Made by a program: the position numbers and the translations under genes
Notes under the pieces: generated by a model
Database searches by the model: none
What the model was told of the DNA's origin: nothing
Seen by the model: only the letters and a program-made list of their open reading frames with translations
From: Paramoeba atlantica
Taxonomy: Eukaryota > Protista > Discosea
Length of the DNA stretch: 64,000 nucleotides
Direction: 5' to 3'
NCBI GenBank assembly: GCA_977017575.1
Contig: CDRNVI010000023.1
Location: 394,850-458,849, forward strand
Shown here: piece after piece, positions 33,398 to 45,092 of the stretch
Position numbering within the stretch: the first letter of the stretch is position 1
Layout of the letters: each line of letters opens with the position of its first letter

Positions 33398-33579
33398 AGT
33401 TTATTGTGGTGGTTGTAAAACTACCGCTCATTGATTTTACAATTATAAATCAATTGAAATACAAACGAGCACGACCTTTTTGACCCCTTTTTTTCTCTCT
33501 CGTACTCTAAAACACGTTTTCACACCACAACCCTCATATCTATTTTTTTCCTTCAAAAACCCTTCCCTACCCCTCCCCC

Positions 33580-34323
33580 ATGTCTCTCCCACCCCCCTCC
33601 CAAAACCCCAACCCCCCCAACCCCCCCAATCCCCTCTCCCAAAACGAAAACCAAAACCCCACCCCCTCCCACGCTCTCCAACGACCCCCCACCTTCTCCC
33701 CCTCCCCCTCCCCCTCTTCCTTACCCTCTTCCTTCATCGCCCTCTACCGCGCCCTCCTCGCGGCCTCCCCCCCCCTCCCCCCCGCCCGTCCCTGGGCCGA
33801 CTTCGCGGACCGCTCCGCGCTCACCCCCCCCGCCTCCCCCCCCGACGCCCTCGCCCGCGCCACCGCCAACCTCCCGCACTACGCCGGGAACTACGCCGTG
33901 GTGGCGCTCGCGGTGCTGGCGCTCGCGGGGCTCGGCAACCTGCTCTTCGTGGGGGCCATGGCCGCGTGCGCCGCCCTCGCGGGGGCGTACCGCCGGAGGA
34001 GGGCCCAGCAGGCCGGGGAGGGGGGGGAGGGGGTGGTGGTGGTGAGTGGAAGGGAGATCACCCCGGCCCAGGCCTACGGGGGGTTGGGGTTGGTGACGCT
34101 TTTTTTGTTTTGGTTGACCGGGGGGGGCGGGACGGTTTTTTGGGCGTTGGTGGGGAGTACGGTGGCGGTGGTGGGGCATGCGGTGATGCATGAGAGGGGG
34201 TCAGGGGAGTTGTGTGAAGGGGGTGGGGGAGGGTATGAGGGGGGGAAGCGTTTGAGGGAGTGGCAGAGGTTGTCCTCACAGGGGTCGGTTTCACGGGGGT
34301 CGTATATGGAGCATGTGGGGTGA
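33580..34323 (+). CDS. PRA1: PRA1 family (prenylated Rab acceptor) protein
   Basis: RPWADF...P...RATANLPHYAGNY followed by two hydrophobic hairpins and HAV. Confidence 0.88.
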   Translation: MSLPPPSQNPNPPNPPNPLSQNENQNPTPSHALQRPPTFSPSPSPSSLPSSFIALYRALLAASPPLPPARPWADFADRSALTPPASPPDALARATANLPHYAGNYAVVALAVLALAGLGNLLFVGAMAACAALAGAYRRRRAQQAGEGGEGVVVVSGREITPAQAYGGLGLVTLFLFWLTGGGGTVFWALVGSTVAVVGHAVMHERGSGELCEGGGGGYEGGKRLREWQRLSSQGSVSRGSYMEHVG

Positions 34324-34578
34324 GGGGGGATAAGAGGGGGGCTTTGTAAGATAGAAAGGTTTAGTATAGTTAGGTCCGTGGGTAAAGATCATGGGCTTGG
34401 TTTTAGTGTAAATTTCGAATTTTATTGCTTTTTTACGGATGACGCATCCTGTTGAGAAGCACGTTTTACGGAATCTTCTTATTGTTCTTTGTTGATTCTA
34501 CAGAACTATTTCTATTTTCTAAAGAATCTGTCCAACACAACACTATACTTTAGCACAATGAATTGATTCATATCGTCG

Positions 34579-37500
34579 ATGGTTCTACTTTCTACTCATT
34601 TGCCGAGTTCCCGATCGCAGAAACATCGATCTCAATTGCACCGAACGCAAACTGAACACTCCGATTGCAAAGATCACGTAAATGGTTCAATCACTTCCTC
34701 TCAAAGTTCCGAACACTCAGACACATCATTGGTCCCACAAGAATCGAATTCACCGAGTTCCTCCAATCTGAAGCCCTCCTCCCATTTACATGACTTGGAG
34801 AGAACAAAAGTTTCTTTTTTGAGCAAGGCCCAATGCTCACACGAACTGTTTTCGTCTTCTCAACTTAAAACTTTATCCCAAAGCAAATCAGATCTTTCTG
34901 CTTGGAAAGGTTGGATACACACCTTAAACGTCATGGATCACGCAGTTCGCGTATTTCAAGTCACGCAACATCTTTCTTCAGGTGCGTCTACGAAACCCTT
35001 TGCTAAGCCCCTTGCCTTCGAAGTGGCTCATATACTTCGACAGAAAAAATGCGATTCTGTGGTACTTAAGTGGCCGTTTGAATCCGATTTTATGTGGGAA
35101 TCTTTGGATGACGTAACTTTACATGGACGAAGTCAACTTCCTCTTTGCTGCTCTCTTTATATGCAAAGCACACTTTTTCTTCTCTTGCTGGCGCTCTATG
35201 ACGCAACAGAACGTTATTCCGAAGATAATATTGCCAAAGCTGAGACTGACGATCTATCGTCTCTCAATTCCTCTCTTTCTCTTCTTGCTTTTTGTTTTTC
35301 TTACGCGAACGATGCTTCCCAAAGCATGGAAAATCAAAGACTGTCTTCGCCAAAGCCTGAAAGACATATGGATCAGAATCTAGAAAAATGCAAAGATCTG
35401 TGCGACAAAATATATTTGTACGGGTTACATTTCGTATGTAAAATTGCTATGGGGAATTTGAAGGACGCAAGTCACCCCATATGGATCCTTTTAGCCCATT
35501 TGTTTTCGAGGCAAACCCAACAAGCCAAAAACAAAGACTTAATGATTGTCCCTGGGAACTCGATCATTTCCAAAGGCCAAGGGAATCCTTCCAAAGATTC
35601 GCTAAGCAAAGAATTCAAAAATCTGAGATTTCCTATCAATCTTTCGTCAAGCATTTTTCAAAACGTAGAATCGTGTTTAACGGCCCTTCTTGCCCGGCTT
35701 ATTCAGGAATCTTGGAAAGACTTTCAGTTGGGGCAACAGAAAACCTTTAATTTCTTACAATCAAAATTGGATTGCACAGCTTTGTGTCATGTTGTGACGC
35801 AATCTAGATCACGAACTTCGCCAAAGGGCTTTCAAATTGATTTAGGGAACGATAGCTCGAAATACATTCCCGCACTCTCTTCCTTGTTTTTGATACGATT
35901 TGCAGCTGTTTGCCTTCTACCGTGGATAAGACGTATGAAGTCTGAAAAAGGAACTTCTGTAGTTCTCCCAAAAAAGATGCACACATTATTGATGTTCATT
36001 GCCCACAGTTTACACTACGAGGGCTATACTCCGCTGGCTTTTGAACTTTGGAATTCTCTTTGTGATGAGAAGTGTTGTGATCAAAGTGATCTTTATAAAA
36101 AGGACGCATATTTGAGTCATGCACTCACGATGGGCAATCTGGAGATTATTTCCAAATGGGTCGATTCCACTCAGGACACTTTGGAATTTCTTCAAAAGCT
36201 GCATATTTCGGGCCATTCCCTGAAAGCTGAGACCGGAGCCGCAGATCCCTTGCAACGTGGTTCGCAGATTGCCGAAACGGAGACAACGCTTAACGATCTC
36301 TCTGTTTTCAAAAGAATTTTCACACTTTATCATAACAGTTTCTCGGAGTCTTCGTCATTTCCTGCGGAAAACATTTTGGCCGATCTCCTGCCTTTGCTGC
36401 AAAAGTACATTCCATGGATTGTGGACACTCAACATTTCTGTGATGCATCCCATCTTAATTTGTTGAATGAAAAGGAAACGAACACGCCTCGGGACACGCA
36501 ACCACAAAACACTGTTATTCCGAAAAGAAACACAGAAAATGATACAGAGAAAACTGCCGATGCAATTTCCAGCCTCCCTGCAGAACACAGCAACGAGAAA
36601 ACATCCAATACGAATGAAACCGTAATAAAAACACAAACAAAAAACAAATCTCACTCCATTTCTTCCTTGGAAACGGCACACTATATTATCGATTCTTGTT
36701 TTCTTGTCGCTGAACTGTTTCTCTCTCGCGGGGATATTCCGAGTGCCACAAGATCTCTGTGTGCTGTTCTTTCAGTACTCCTTGGAAGCGCTACCCTCTT
36801 GAGTACCCGACATCTTTTACGTGTCCTTGAATGTTTTAGTCTTCTATCGGGCTCAGTAGAATCTCTTGTCTCGTTTTCATCCAATGATTTCAATGATGTG
36901 GTACAGACATATCGAACGCGCTCTCTGTTTGCGTTTGTTTCTCCAGTTTCGTTTACGCGTTGGGCTTTTAGAGAGCGTGAATTTGAAATGCGGATATCTC
37001 CAGGAATGATCTATTCTTCCCTAAACAATGACGGTTCCGATTCCATCGAGGATGACCGAAATGACAAAGTAACGAACGTTCTCTCTCTAATGGAAGTGAA
37101 AGAACGGAATTATCTTGCTCCGCGCAGTTTGCATGACATCAATGATGCATTCAATTCGCTACACTCGATGCAAAGGACATTAACAGAGGTTAAAAAAGAT
37201 GAGCACCGACAAATCGAACATCTTATTTCCACTGCACTGGACGCAGACCGAACTTTGCAATGTCCACAACGTTTGTTCGTGCTCAAAGAGTTCATGTCTC
37301 GGATTGAACGTCTCTTACGTCGAACGCTAAAATTACGGTCAGAGGCAACGAAATATCGACTTTTCCCCATGCACTTCGGGACACTGCATCACACTTGTTC
37401 GGGACACTGCCACGCAAACGATCGAAAAGAATTTCATCTGACACTTGCGCGTATTGCCATTTTATGGGGGTTTACTTCCCTTGCGGCTACTCAGCTGTTA

Positions 37501-40110
37501 TCCTGCTGCAATCTAAGTTTTGATGCCATTTCTGGAGCACACACTGTTCCTCTCGAATTTACCTTTTCCAAGAGTTTTCCCCGAACGCAGTCTTCACCTA
37601 AAACCAATGTAGCGCAAAGCAACACAAAGGAAGGTCATTTTTCGTACTCTTCGAAGGATAAAAATTCTTTTTCGCTTGAAAATATTCCATGTGATGTTAC
37701 ACTATGTGCCATCGTACGAGATTCTACTCGAGACATACTTTATTTTGTACGATGGGAAAATTTGCCTTTTGCCTCTGCCACGGAGCCAACAGATGCAGAA
37801 CCCTGTGTTTATTTGTGCGAAATACCCGCGCCTTCCCTGTTGTTTGATCTTGTCGAAAAAGCGCAAAATATTACAAACGAGGCTGCGAATCAAGTTGTGC
37901 AACATGATCTTGAACTCAACAAAGAACCTCCAAAAGAGGATGCAGAAAAAAAGAATTCGTCCTCGGAGATTTTATCTAAAAATACGGCAGTCAGCAACAA
38001 ACGTGGTTCTCATTCAGAGCGCAAAGCTTTTTGGTCACAGCGTGAAGCATTTGACCAAAAATTGGGAGGCGTTGTAAGCTCTATGCAGGAAGATGTTTGG
38101 GGTTCTCTCTGCTATGCGTTACTTCCCTCTTTTCGAATGGATGCAGATCGATTTGAACATGTAGAGAATACAGAACCCACAAAAAGTGAAACAACCTCTT
38201 TATCTCATGAGGAAAAATTCTCCTTAAAGGAAAAAGCGCTGCTTTCTAAATATCGCACTCGAATTTATGCACTCTTTCTTAAAGGTAATTCCGATTCTGA
38301 AATAGATTCTTCGCGAGCACAAACAATGCAAAATGATAACTTTTCCTGTGTCTTGGGCGTGCTATCCGCCTTCATACGATCGGTTCCTTTTCTTGAAAAT
38401 CCTCCCACCATCGAATCATGTTCAAACCGTATTGACACCTCCAAAGCATCCACATCGTCTACGACTCCAGCCGACCGGCTTTTAGATCTTATATCCTATT
38501 CGATTTGCTCCGACGCTTCTATTCTCATGGAAACAGAACCTTTTAAGAAACGTTTAAAAGACCTCTTACTAGAATTCTATGAAGACTCTTGTGAAATGTA
38601 CGATTCCATTTTTGATGGGATCCTGCCTCAAAAACTTTCCTTCAATGTTTCGGAGAATCCATCGTACACTTCTACGCTTTCTGGAACGTCTCCAAAGTTG
38701 AGTTCTTCGCCCCTTTTAGCGAATCTCTCCGAAACGGATTCAACTTCCTCGTCTTTCTCAAGAACAAAGCGCTTGCTTTCTCACCGTAAACTTTGGCTTT
38801 TGTTCGACCAGCAACCTCTGAATTCTCAAGGTCTCACACTTCATCATTTCCCATGGGAATCTCTTCCCTGTTTTCGATGGTTTCACAAAGGCAAACCATC
38901 TTCTCATATGGTTCGAATTCCCTCTTTGCGATATGCGATGCAAAGCGTATCGAATTTTGCATTTTTGAATGCACAAAAATGCTCCAAAAATACACATTTT
39001 AATGCTGTGTCTCCAAAACAGAACATCAAAGGATTAAAAACGAATACTTTGAGATCGGATCAAGCCTATCCCTATTCTCTGTATTACTGTTTGAATCCGA
39101 TGGGCGATACCCATCGGTCACAGGAAACGTTAGAACCTCTTTTACGCAAACTTCCCAACAGCACGGGAAGTGTTGGAAAAATAAAGAGAGATGGATACTC
39201 AACGGTGGACTGTTGCGATCCGATTTCAGGTTTGCATACAGGAGGGACGTTTCTGTATGTTGGACATGGCAGCGGCTATCGAATTCTTCCTCGACATAAA
39301 TTGCTGACATGTGCAGGAAAAATGAGACGAAGGGAAGCCGAGAAATCCAAACGATATTCGGAAGATCGTGAGGGAGATCAGGAATCTTTGACAGAAAATG
39401 AAGAGCCCACGCCAAGGAAAAGTTTTTCGGAGTATCTAAAAACACCGTTTTCTCTTTTGGGGAAACTAAAAGAATATATCAAACCCTCATCCGAATCCTC
39501 TACGAATAATACGGATAATAACAAATCCTCGGAAGTCGAAATGTCGACGGGAAAAGAAGATTCCGAAGAAGTTTCTCGACACTCCCATACATTACTGGAT
39601 GAAGCGCAAGATGGGAATTTTACAGAATTGCAAGCTTCCACCCGTAGTGCATCTTCATTGGTCTCATCTTCTATTCTTCCTTCTCACACTGTGCTACTTA
39701 TGGGTTGCTCCAGTGCATCCTTGAGTGAAGGTCCGTATGCGATTCCTTACACTTTACTTCACTTTGGGGTGCGTCAAGTCCTGTGCACTTTATGGGATAT
39801 AACAGATGGCGAAATTGATCGCTACACGAAGCAATATCTCAAAACTGCATTTTTACCTCAGGAAACCGATTCCGATGGAAAACCAGAAGCGAACGGGTCT
39901 GCTCGATCTTTGAGCGAAAACGTTGAAACAGAAATGGGGAATCTTTGCTTGAAGAAAGGAAGTGCCACTTCATCTAAAATCGTTGTCCTTGAAACAGATC
40001 GAAACGTGCTCCCCAAAGATTTTGACCTGCACCACAACATGTTACGCGCACGAGAAGCCCCAAGGCTGTTTTATCTCACAAGTTCATCTGTAGTCTGTTA
40101 TGGCACCTAA
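34579..40110 (+). CDS. ESP1: Separase (peptidase C50)
   Basis: C-terminal FPWESLP, RIPSL, LNPMGD, FLYVGHGSG (catalytic His), LLMGCSS (catalytic Cys), LWDITDGEIDRY, after a long helical N-terminal region. Confidence 0.93.
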   Translation: MVLLSTHLPSSRSQKHRSQLHRTQTEHSDCKDHVNGSITSSQSSEHSDTSLVPQESNSPSSSNLKPSSHLHDLERTKVSFLSKAQCSHELFSSSQLKTLSQSKSDLSAWKGWIHTLNVMDHAVRVFQVTQHLSSGASTKPFAKPLAFEVAHILRQKKCDSVVLKWPFESDFMWESLDDVTLHGRSQLPLCCSLYMQSTLFLLLLALYDATERYSEDNIAKAETDDLSSLNSSLSLLAFCFSYANDASQSMENQRLSSPKPERHMDQNLEKCKDLCDKIYLYGLHFVCKIAMGNLKDASHPIWILLAHLFSRQTQQAKNKDLMIVPGNSIISKGQGNPSKDSLSKEFKNLRFPINLSSSIFQNVESCLTALLARLIQESWKDFQLGQQKTFNFLQSKLDCTALCHVVTQSRSRTSPKGFQIDLGNDSSKYIPALSSLFLIRFAAVCLLPWIRRMKSEKGTSVVLPKKMHTLLMFIAHSLHYEGYTPLAFELWNSLCDEKCCDQSDLYKKDAYLSHALTMGNLEIISKWVDSTQDTLEFLQKLHISGHSLKAETGAADPLQRGSQIAETETTLNDLSVFKRIFTLYHNSFSESSSFPAENILADLLPLLQKYIPWIVDTQHFCDASHLNLLNEKETNTPRDTQPQNTVIPKRNTENDTEKTADAISSLPAEHSNEKTSNTNETVIKTQTKNKSHSISSLETAHYIIDSCFLVAELFLSRGDIPSATRSLCAVLSVLLGSATLLSTRHLLRVLECFSLLSGSVESLVSFSSNDFNDVVQTYRTRSLFAFVSPVSFTRWAFREREFEMRISPGMIYSSLNNDGSDSIEDDRNDKVTNVLSLMEVKERNYLAPRSLHDINDAFNSLHSMQRTLTEVKKDEHRQIEHLISTALDADRTLQCPQRLFVLKEFMSRIERLLRRTLKLRSEATKYRLFPMHFGTLHHTCSGHCHANDRKEFHLTLARIAILWGFTSLAATQLLSCCNLSFDAISGAHTVPLEFTFSKSFPRTQSSPKTNVAQSNTKEGHFSYSSKDKNSFSLENIPCDVTLCAIVRDSTRDILYFVRWENLPFASATEPTDAEPCVYLCEIPAPSLLFDLVEKAQNITNEAANQVVQHDLELNKEPPKEDAEKKNSSSEILSKNTAVSNKRGSHSERKAFWSQREAFDQKLGGVVSSMQEDVWGSLCYALLPSFRMDADRFEHVENTEPTKSETTSLSHEEKFSLKEKALLSKYRTRIYALFLKGNSDSEIDSSRAQTMQNDNFSCVLGVLSAFIRSVPFLENPPTIESCSNRIDTSKASTSSTTPADRLLDLISYSICSDASILMETEPFKKRLKDLLLEFYEDSCEMYDSIFDGILPQKLSFNVSENPSYTSTLSGTSPKLSSSPLLANLSETDSTSSSFSRTKRLLSHRKLWLLFDQQPLNSQGLTLHHFPWESLPCFRWFHKGKPSSHMVRIPSLRYAMQSVSNFAFLNAQKCSKNTHFNAVSPKQNIKGLKTNTLRSDQAYPYSLYYCLNPMGDTHRSQETLEPLLRKLPNSTGSVGKIKRDGYSTVDCCDPISGLHTGGTFLYVGHGSGYRILPRHKLLTCAGKMRRREAEKSKRYSEDREGDQESLTENEEPTPRKSFSEYLKTPFSLLGKLKEYIKPSSESSTNNTDNNKSSEVEMSTGKEDSEEVSRHSHTLLDEAQDGNFTELQASTRSASSLVSSSILPSHTVLLMGCSSASLSEGPYAIPYTLLHFGVRQVLCTLWDITDGEIDRYTKQYLKTAFLPQETDSDGKPEANGSARSLSENVETEMGNLCLKKGSATSSKIVVLETDRNVLPKDFDLHHNMLRAREAPRLFYLTSSSVVCYGT

Positions 40111-40318
40111 TATCACATTCTCTTTTCAACTCTGTCTTACGCACAAAAATACCGCAAAATATTTCAAGGAAAAATACACGTTTTCCTTCAAAAACATTTT
40201 TTTTTCAAATTTTTATCTTCAATCCAAATTTTTTAATCATAATCCTATTTATATTATTCTTATATTTTTTTGAAGCTCATTTTTTTCTTCCCTCTTTTTC
40301 TCCCTCCTTCCTTCCTCC

Positions 40319-41599
40319 ATGTCCTACGCCCTTGCGGAGCTCCCCGCAGGCTACGCCCTCATCCGCCTCGAAACCGCCGACACCCCCACACTCCACGCGC
40401 TCCACAAATTCAAATCCACCAAGGAGGCGCTGCAATCCACCAGCGCTCTTCTTCAAAGCGAACTCTCCCAGCCGCTTAAAAAATTCCTAAAACGCAATCT
40501 CCCGAAAGAGCAGGTCGAGAGCCTCAGCGTTCTGGATGCGAAATTGGGCAAACTGATCAAATCGGAGCTCAAACTCCCGATTATCCATGGGGATGAGGTG
40601 CTGGACCAGATGCGGCTGATTCGTGGCGCCATGCACAATCTGCTTACGGAAATTTCCCCCACACAGATGCACCAATCCAGTCTGGGACTCTCCCATCATT
40701 TGAATCGCTACAAACTTCGGTTTTCTCCGGAGAAAATTGACATGATGGTGGTGCAAGCCGTAGCCTTGCTCGATGATTTGGATAAAGAATTAAACAAATA
40801 CGCCATGCGTGCCCGTGAGTGGTACGGCTGGCATTTTCCGGAACTTAGCAAACTGATTGCGGATAATGTGGTGTATGCGAAAATCGCGTGTGCCATGAAA
40901 ACACGCGATCACGCGAAAGAAGCCAACCTCGAGTCTTTTCTCTCCGAGGAGGAGGCCGGGAAAATTCGAGAAGCGGCTCGACTCTCCATGGGGACCGAAA
41001 TCAGTGAGGACGACGTGGAGAACATCTGTGCGCTTTGCACGGAGGTGATCTCGACGTCTCACTACCGCGAGCAGCTCGCGGCGTACCTCTCGAACCGGAT
41101 GAAAGCGATTGCGCCGAATTTAACCACCATGGTGGGGGAACAAATCGGGGCCCGGTTGATTCAAAAAGCCGGGAGTTTACTGGCGCTGGCAAAGTTCCCC
41201 GCCTCTACGGTGCAAATTTTAGGCGCCGAGAAAGCTCTTTTTCGCGCGCTGAAGAAGAAGCAGGCCACCCCGAAGTATGGGCTGCTGTATAACGCCTCCT
41301 TGGTGACGCAGGCTCCGACACAGAATAAGGGCACCATGTCGCGTGTGCTGGCCGCGAAGACCTCGTTAAGCGCCCGGGTGGATAGTTTCGCGGAAAGTGA
41401 AATGGCCCCGGCCGCGGAGTACCGTGAAAAAGTGCTCCAGCGCTTGAAATCGTTTGAGGAGACCGTGGCGTACGGGCGTACCGGAAAAACGAGAGGCGCG
41501 AACGTGGGGGCGTCTGGAGGAGGAGAGGGGGGACCTCCGAAACGGCATCGAGTGGAGGAAGGGGAAGGGGGGAGAGAGGGAAAGTCGCGAAAGATGTGA
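40319..41599 (+). CDS. NOP58: Box C/D snoRNP protein NOP58
   Basis: LDDLDKELN...REWYGWHFPEL (the GWH variant is NOP58-like), ASTVQILGAEKALFRALK, TPKYGL. Confidence 0.88.
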   Translation: MSYALAELPAGYALIRLETADTPTLHALHKFKSTKEALQSTSALLQSELSQPLKKFLKRNLPKEQVESLSVLDAKLGKLIKSELKLPIIHGDEVLDQMRLIRGAMHNLLTEISPTQMHQSSLGLSHHLNRYKLRFSPEKIDMMVVQAVALLDDLDKELNKYAMRAREWYGWHFPELSKLIADNVVYAKIACAMKTRDHAKEANLESFLSEEEAGKIREAARLSMGTEISEDDVENICALCTEVISTSHYREQLAAYLSNRMKAIAPNLTTMVGEQIGARLIQKAGSLLALAKFPASTVQILGAEKALFRALKKKQATPKYGLLYNASLVTQAPTQNKGTMSRVLAAKTSLSARVDSFAESEMAPAAEYREKVLQRLKSFEETVAYGRTGKTRGANVGASGGGEGGPPKRHRVEEGEGGREGKSRKM

Positions 41600-42050
41600 A
41601 AAGTTGAAGAAAGGGGGTAAAAAAGTGGGAGTGGGGGTATTTTTTGAAGAAATTGGAGGGTAGGGGTAAAGAAATAAGGGGGAATGGTTTTGTTTAAGAG
41701 CGTATTGAATGGTTTTTAATAGCAGAATAAATTTGCAGGTTTGAATCATTTTGTAGTACAGTAAATTCCCGAAACAATTTTTTGGACGCAAGTAGAGAGA
41801 GTAGTTGTTGTCACAAACTACAAGTACCCGAAAACATTTGTGTACAAATTTTTGGCTCTTTTTTATTTATGTGAAATTAACGTTGTCATTTTGCAAAGTG
41901 GTCAACCTCGCACGTATTTTACATGATAATTTGAAACAAAAGATAATTTTCTTTATCAAGTCCTGTATTTCCAGCAGTTTTTTATTTCATTTGTCCGCTA
42001 GTCTAACTTCGTTTTTTGCAATCCCATTTCTCCCTCTTCTATACATAAAA

Positions 42051-45000
42051 ATGCCATCTGCGCTAAGGAAACCTACCGAAGCACGTTCTTATATACAATC
42101 CCTAAGGCGACTTTCCCTTTTCTTTACGCTTCTTCTCTGCAGTTTCGGGTACGGACCTTTTTTCTCGCATCGGAACACGAAATCTTTCCACCCGCACTCC
42201 TCTTTTTCCCTTCCGGGAGTTCGTGCCGAAATGGTGGGTATTGATTTGGGATCGGAATTTGTAAAACTTGCCAAAGTGCAGTCCGGTCCCTCCCGAGGGG
42301 CTCCGATTGAGATTGTGCTCAACGAACAGACACGACGAAAAACACCCAACGTGGTGGGGTTCCGAAATTCTGATTTATACGTGGGTGAGAACGCAAAGGC
42401 GTTATGTGGTCGTTTTCCTCAACATATGGCGCCTATGATGAATCGAATTGTGGGGGAAAGTTTTGATTCGAACGGATTTACGGATGAGAAAGAATCGGAA
42501 AACGGTGATTCGGAAGCCCATCCCCACGAGCGCACCTCTTTAAAAGACTGGTTTTCACGTGATTTAGCCTTTACCAATCAAATCGAGCGTAACCCCGCAC
42601 GTAACACCTTTTCCGTCGTTCTCCCGGCTGCCCCTTCTCCCTTTCTTCCCACCGAAGAAAATGTCGACCTCTCGGAGGGAACCTCAGAAGAAACCTCACC
42701 CCCTGCATCCCCAAACACCCCAATCTCCCCTCTACCCTCCGGCATCCACCCCTACGACCCCGAAACCCTTCTCGGTTTCCTCTTCTCCTATCTCTATGAT
42801 CTCACCAAAGCCGCAAACCTCCACCTCCCCTCCTCCCCTTCGTTGTCTCCAAAACCGAGGGCCCAAAAAATAAAGAAACAAAAATCAAATCAACCTAAAT
42901 CTTTTTCAAAAGAATCAGAAGATTCTAAAGAAGAATTTCACGAATCTTTTATGGCTCCTCAAATGAAGAATATTGAAGCCGCTCTGGTCGTTCCCTATTT
43001 CTTCAACACACGACAACGCGAGGGTTTGGTCCATGCCGCGGCGCTGGGAGGGATTGCGGTGAACGCCATCCTCCACACCACAACCGCGGTCGCGCTGCAC
43101 TACGGGGTCCAAAACCGAGGCCTGGGCAACGCTTCGCTGTATTTTATGGTGTTCGACATGGGCGCCTCTCGCACCGAGGCGGGGATTTATCACTATGAGC
43201 CTCCGGAACCGGGCGCCCCGAACGCGGAGGCTTTTGGCACACTTCGCACCGTTTCACTCGCGAGTGATCGGTTTTTAGGTACCCGATTGTTTGATCGTCG
43301 TCTCGCGGAGGTGATCGCTGCGGAATTCACCGCGAAAACGAAAATAAAGATTGACCTTTCATTAGGGGCAAAGGCCTCGGTGGCGGAACGAAAAGGTTCA
43401 GCCTCATTGTTGCGCGCCGCAAATGGGCTGCGGGAAGTGCTAAGTGCGAATCGGTACGCTCCGGTTACGGTGGAGAGTATTGTCCAGGATCGGGACTTTT
43501 CGACCACCATCACACGTGAGCTTTTTGAATCAAAATGTGTGGATCTATTTGAACGTGCACGGCGGGTCGCGGAAAAGGCCCTCCAAAGAGCGAATCTTTC
43601 GCCGGATGATTTAGCCTCATTGGAGATTCACGGTGGAGGGGTACGGATGCCCAAGATTCTGGATGATTTAGCGCAGTTTTATGGTAAACCGGTTGATCGC
43701 ACGTTAAATGGGGACGAAAGTGCAGCGCTGGGGGCTGCGTTTTATGCTGCAAAACGAAGCGGAATGTTTTCTGCTCGAGGCTTTCGCATTGAAGAGCTAA
43801 ATCCGCATTCGCTGGACTTTGTGGTGTCCGATGGGAAGGCTGTGCCGGAGAGTGCAGAGCCAATGGCAGAGGAAAATTCTGAAATCGACACCAATTCGGT
43901 ACTAGGGGATGACACAAAGGCGGCCGTTGCAAAAGGTAAAATCTCGACTCCCCGAACTCTTTTTGTGGGATATAACTCATCTTATCCGAGCTCACGAAAA
44001 ACTATTACGCTTCATCGCACAGAGGATTTTTCAGTTTCTTTTCGTGAGGACAAACGTCTTGAGAACACAGTCACGCTTTCTCCGATTCATGACGCACTTA
44101 CGTCCTGGGGTTACTTCGACCCCGAGTTGTCTCATCCGGATAATAAACAGAAGGTACAGCTGGAAACCAGAATTGGGGAAAACGGCATTTTAGACGTTTC
44201 ACAAGCGGAATTAGTATTCAACCAGTGGCGTAATATTTCTCGAATGGTCCGAAAACGAGCTGTAGCAAAACCGAATCAAGGTGGAGAACAGGAAAACTCG
44301 GAAATGCAAAACGTTGAAAAAGGAGAAAATCAAAAGGATTCGGCACTATCCGAAAATAATTCTGCGGTATCACAAGAAAAGACAACATCTGACGTCGAAA
44401 ATGAAGTTGAAACAATGAAAACAAATGAAGAACCTGCGACGAAAGAATCAAATTCTTCTGTACAGTCAGACAACTCATCTGCCAAAGACTTCACAACCCC
44501 TACCGATCTCAACAACGACCTCGTTTTTGAACGCGAATACAAACTTGAGCTCACTGAACATCGCACCCCGTTAAATCTTATCTGGACCTATTCCTTCCCT
44601 CAACCCCTTAGTTCACACGACAGAATACAAACGCAGTCGTTTCTGCATCGACAACTTGCCTATGAGACACACAAACGAAAAACAGCCGCGGCTAAGAATG
44701 ATCTCGAGGCTTTGCTTTTGGACACTCTTACCGAATGGATTCCCCATCACCGAACGTATGGGTTTATTAAAAAACATGAAGAAGAACCGATACGCACAAT
44801 TATGGAAGATATTAAGGCATGGCTGGAAGAGGGAGATGGATGCACCATGTCGGTAACACATTTCCATTTTGAGGAAAAAATTCGTGAGGTTCATGCCGAA
44901 AAAGAAAAAATTGAGGAACGCAAAAGGCCGAAAAGGGAAGAGAAAACTATGAGTAATGAAACGGCAGGAAATGGAAGCAATGCTTCGCAAGCTGCGCCTT

Positions 45001-45092
45001 CTTCTGGTGTAGACGGAAATGATACCTCTACCGAAATGGACACAGAATCCGTATCCTCAACTAATTCTGCTACGCAGAAAGAAGAATTGTAG
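42051..45092 (+). CDS. HYOU1: ER-lumenal Hsp70 / nucleotide-exchange factor (HYOU1/Grp170/Lhs1)
   Basis: N-terminal hydrophobic segment, GIDLGSE, IVLNEQTRRKTP, FDMGA, GGGVRMPK, LNGDESAALGAAF, C-terminal KEEL. ATG at 42051 preferred over the TTG at 41805. Confidence 0.9.
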   Translation: MPSALRKPTEARSYIQSLRRLSLFFTLLLCSFGYGPFFSHRNTKSFHPHSSFSLPGVRAEMVGIDLGSEFVKLAKVQSGPSRGAPIEIVLNEQTRRKTPNVVGFRNSDLYVGENAKALCGRFPQHMAPMMNRIVGESFDSNGFTDEKESENGDSEAHPHERTSLKDWFSRDLAFTNQIERNPARNTFSVVLPAAPSPFLPTEENVDLSEGTSEETSPPASPNTPISPLPSGIHPYDPETLLGFLFSYLYDLTKAANLHLPSSPSLSPKPRAQKIKKQKSNQPKSFSKESEDSKEEFHESFMAPQMKNIEAALVVPYFFNTRQREGLVHAAALGGIAVNAILHTTTAVALHYGVQNRGLGNASLYFMVFDMGASRTEAGIYHYEPPEPGAPNAEAFGTLRTVSLASDRFLGTRLFDRRLAEVIAAEFTAKTKIKIDLSLGAKASVAERKGSASLLRAANGLREVLSANRYAPVTVESIVQDRDFSTTITRELFESKCVDLFERARRVAEKALQRANLSPDDLASLEIHGGGVRMPKILDDLAQFYGKPVDRTLNGDESAALGAAFYAAKRSGMFSARGFRIEELNPHSLDFVVSDGKAVPESAEPMAEENSEIDTNSVLGDDTKAAVAKGKISTPRTLFVGYNSSYPSSRKTITLHRTEDFSVSFREDKRLENTVTLSPIHDALTSWGYFDPELSHPDNKQKVQLETRIGENGILDVSQAELVFNQWRNISRMVRKRAVAKPNQGGEQENSEMQNVEKGENQKDSALSENNSAVSQEKTTSDVENEVETMKTNEEPATKESNSSVQSDNSSAKDFTTPTDLNNDLVFEREYKLELTEHRTPLNLIWTYSFPQPLSSHDRIQTQSFLHRQLAYETHKRKTAAAKNDLEALLLDTLTEWIPHHRTYGFIKKHEEEPIRTIMEDIKAWLEEGDGCTMSVTHFHFEEKIREVHAEKEKIEERKRPKREEKTMSNETAGNGSNASQAAPSSGVDGNDTSTEMDTESVSSTNSATQKEEL

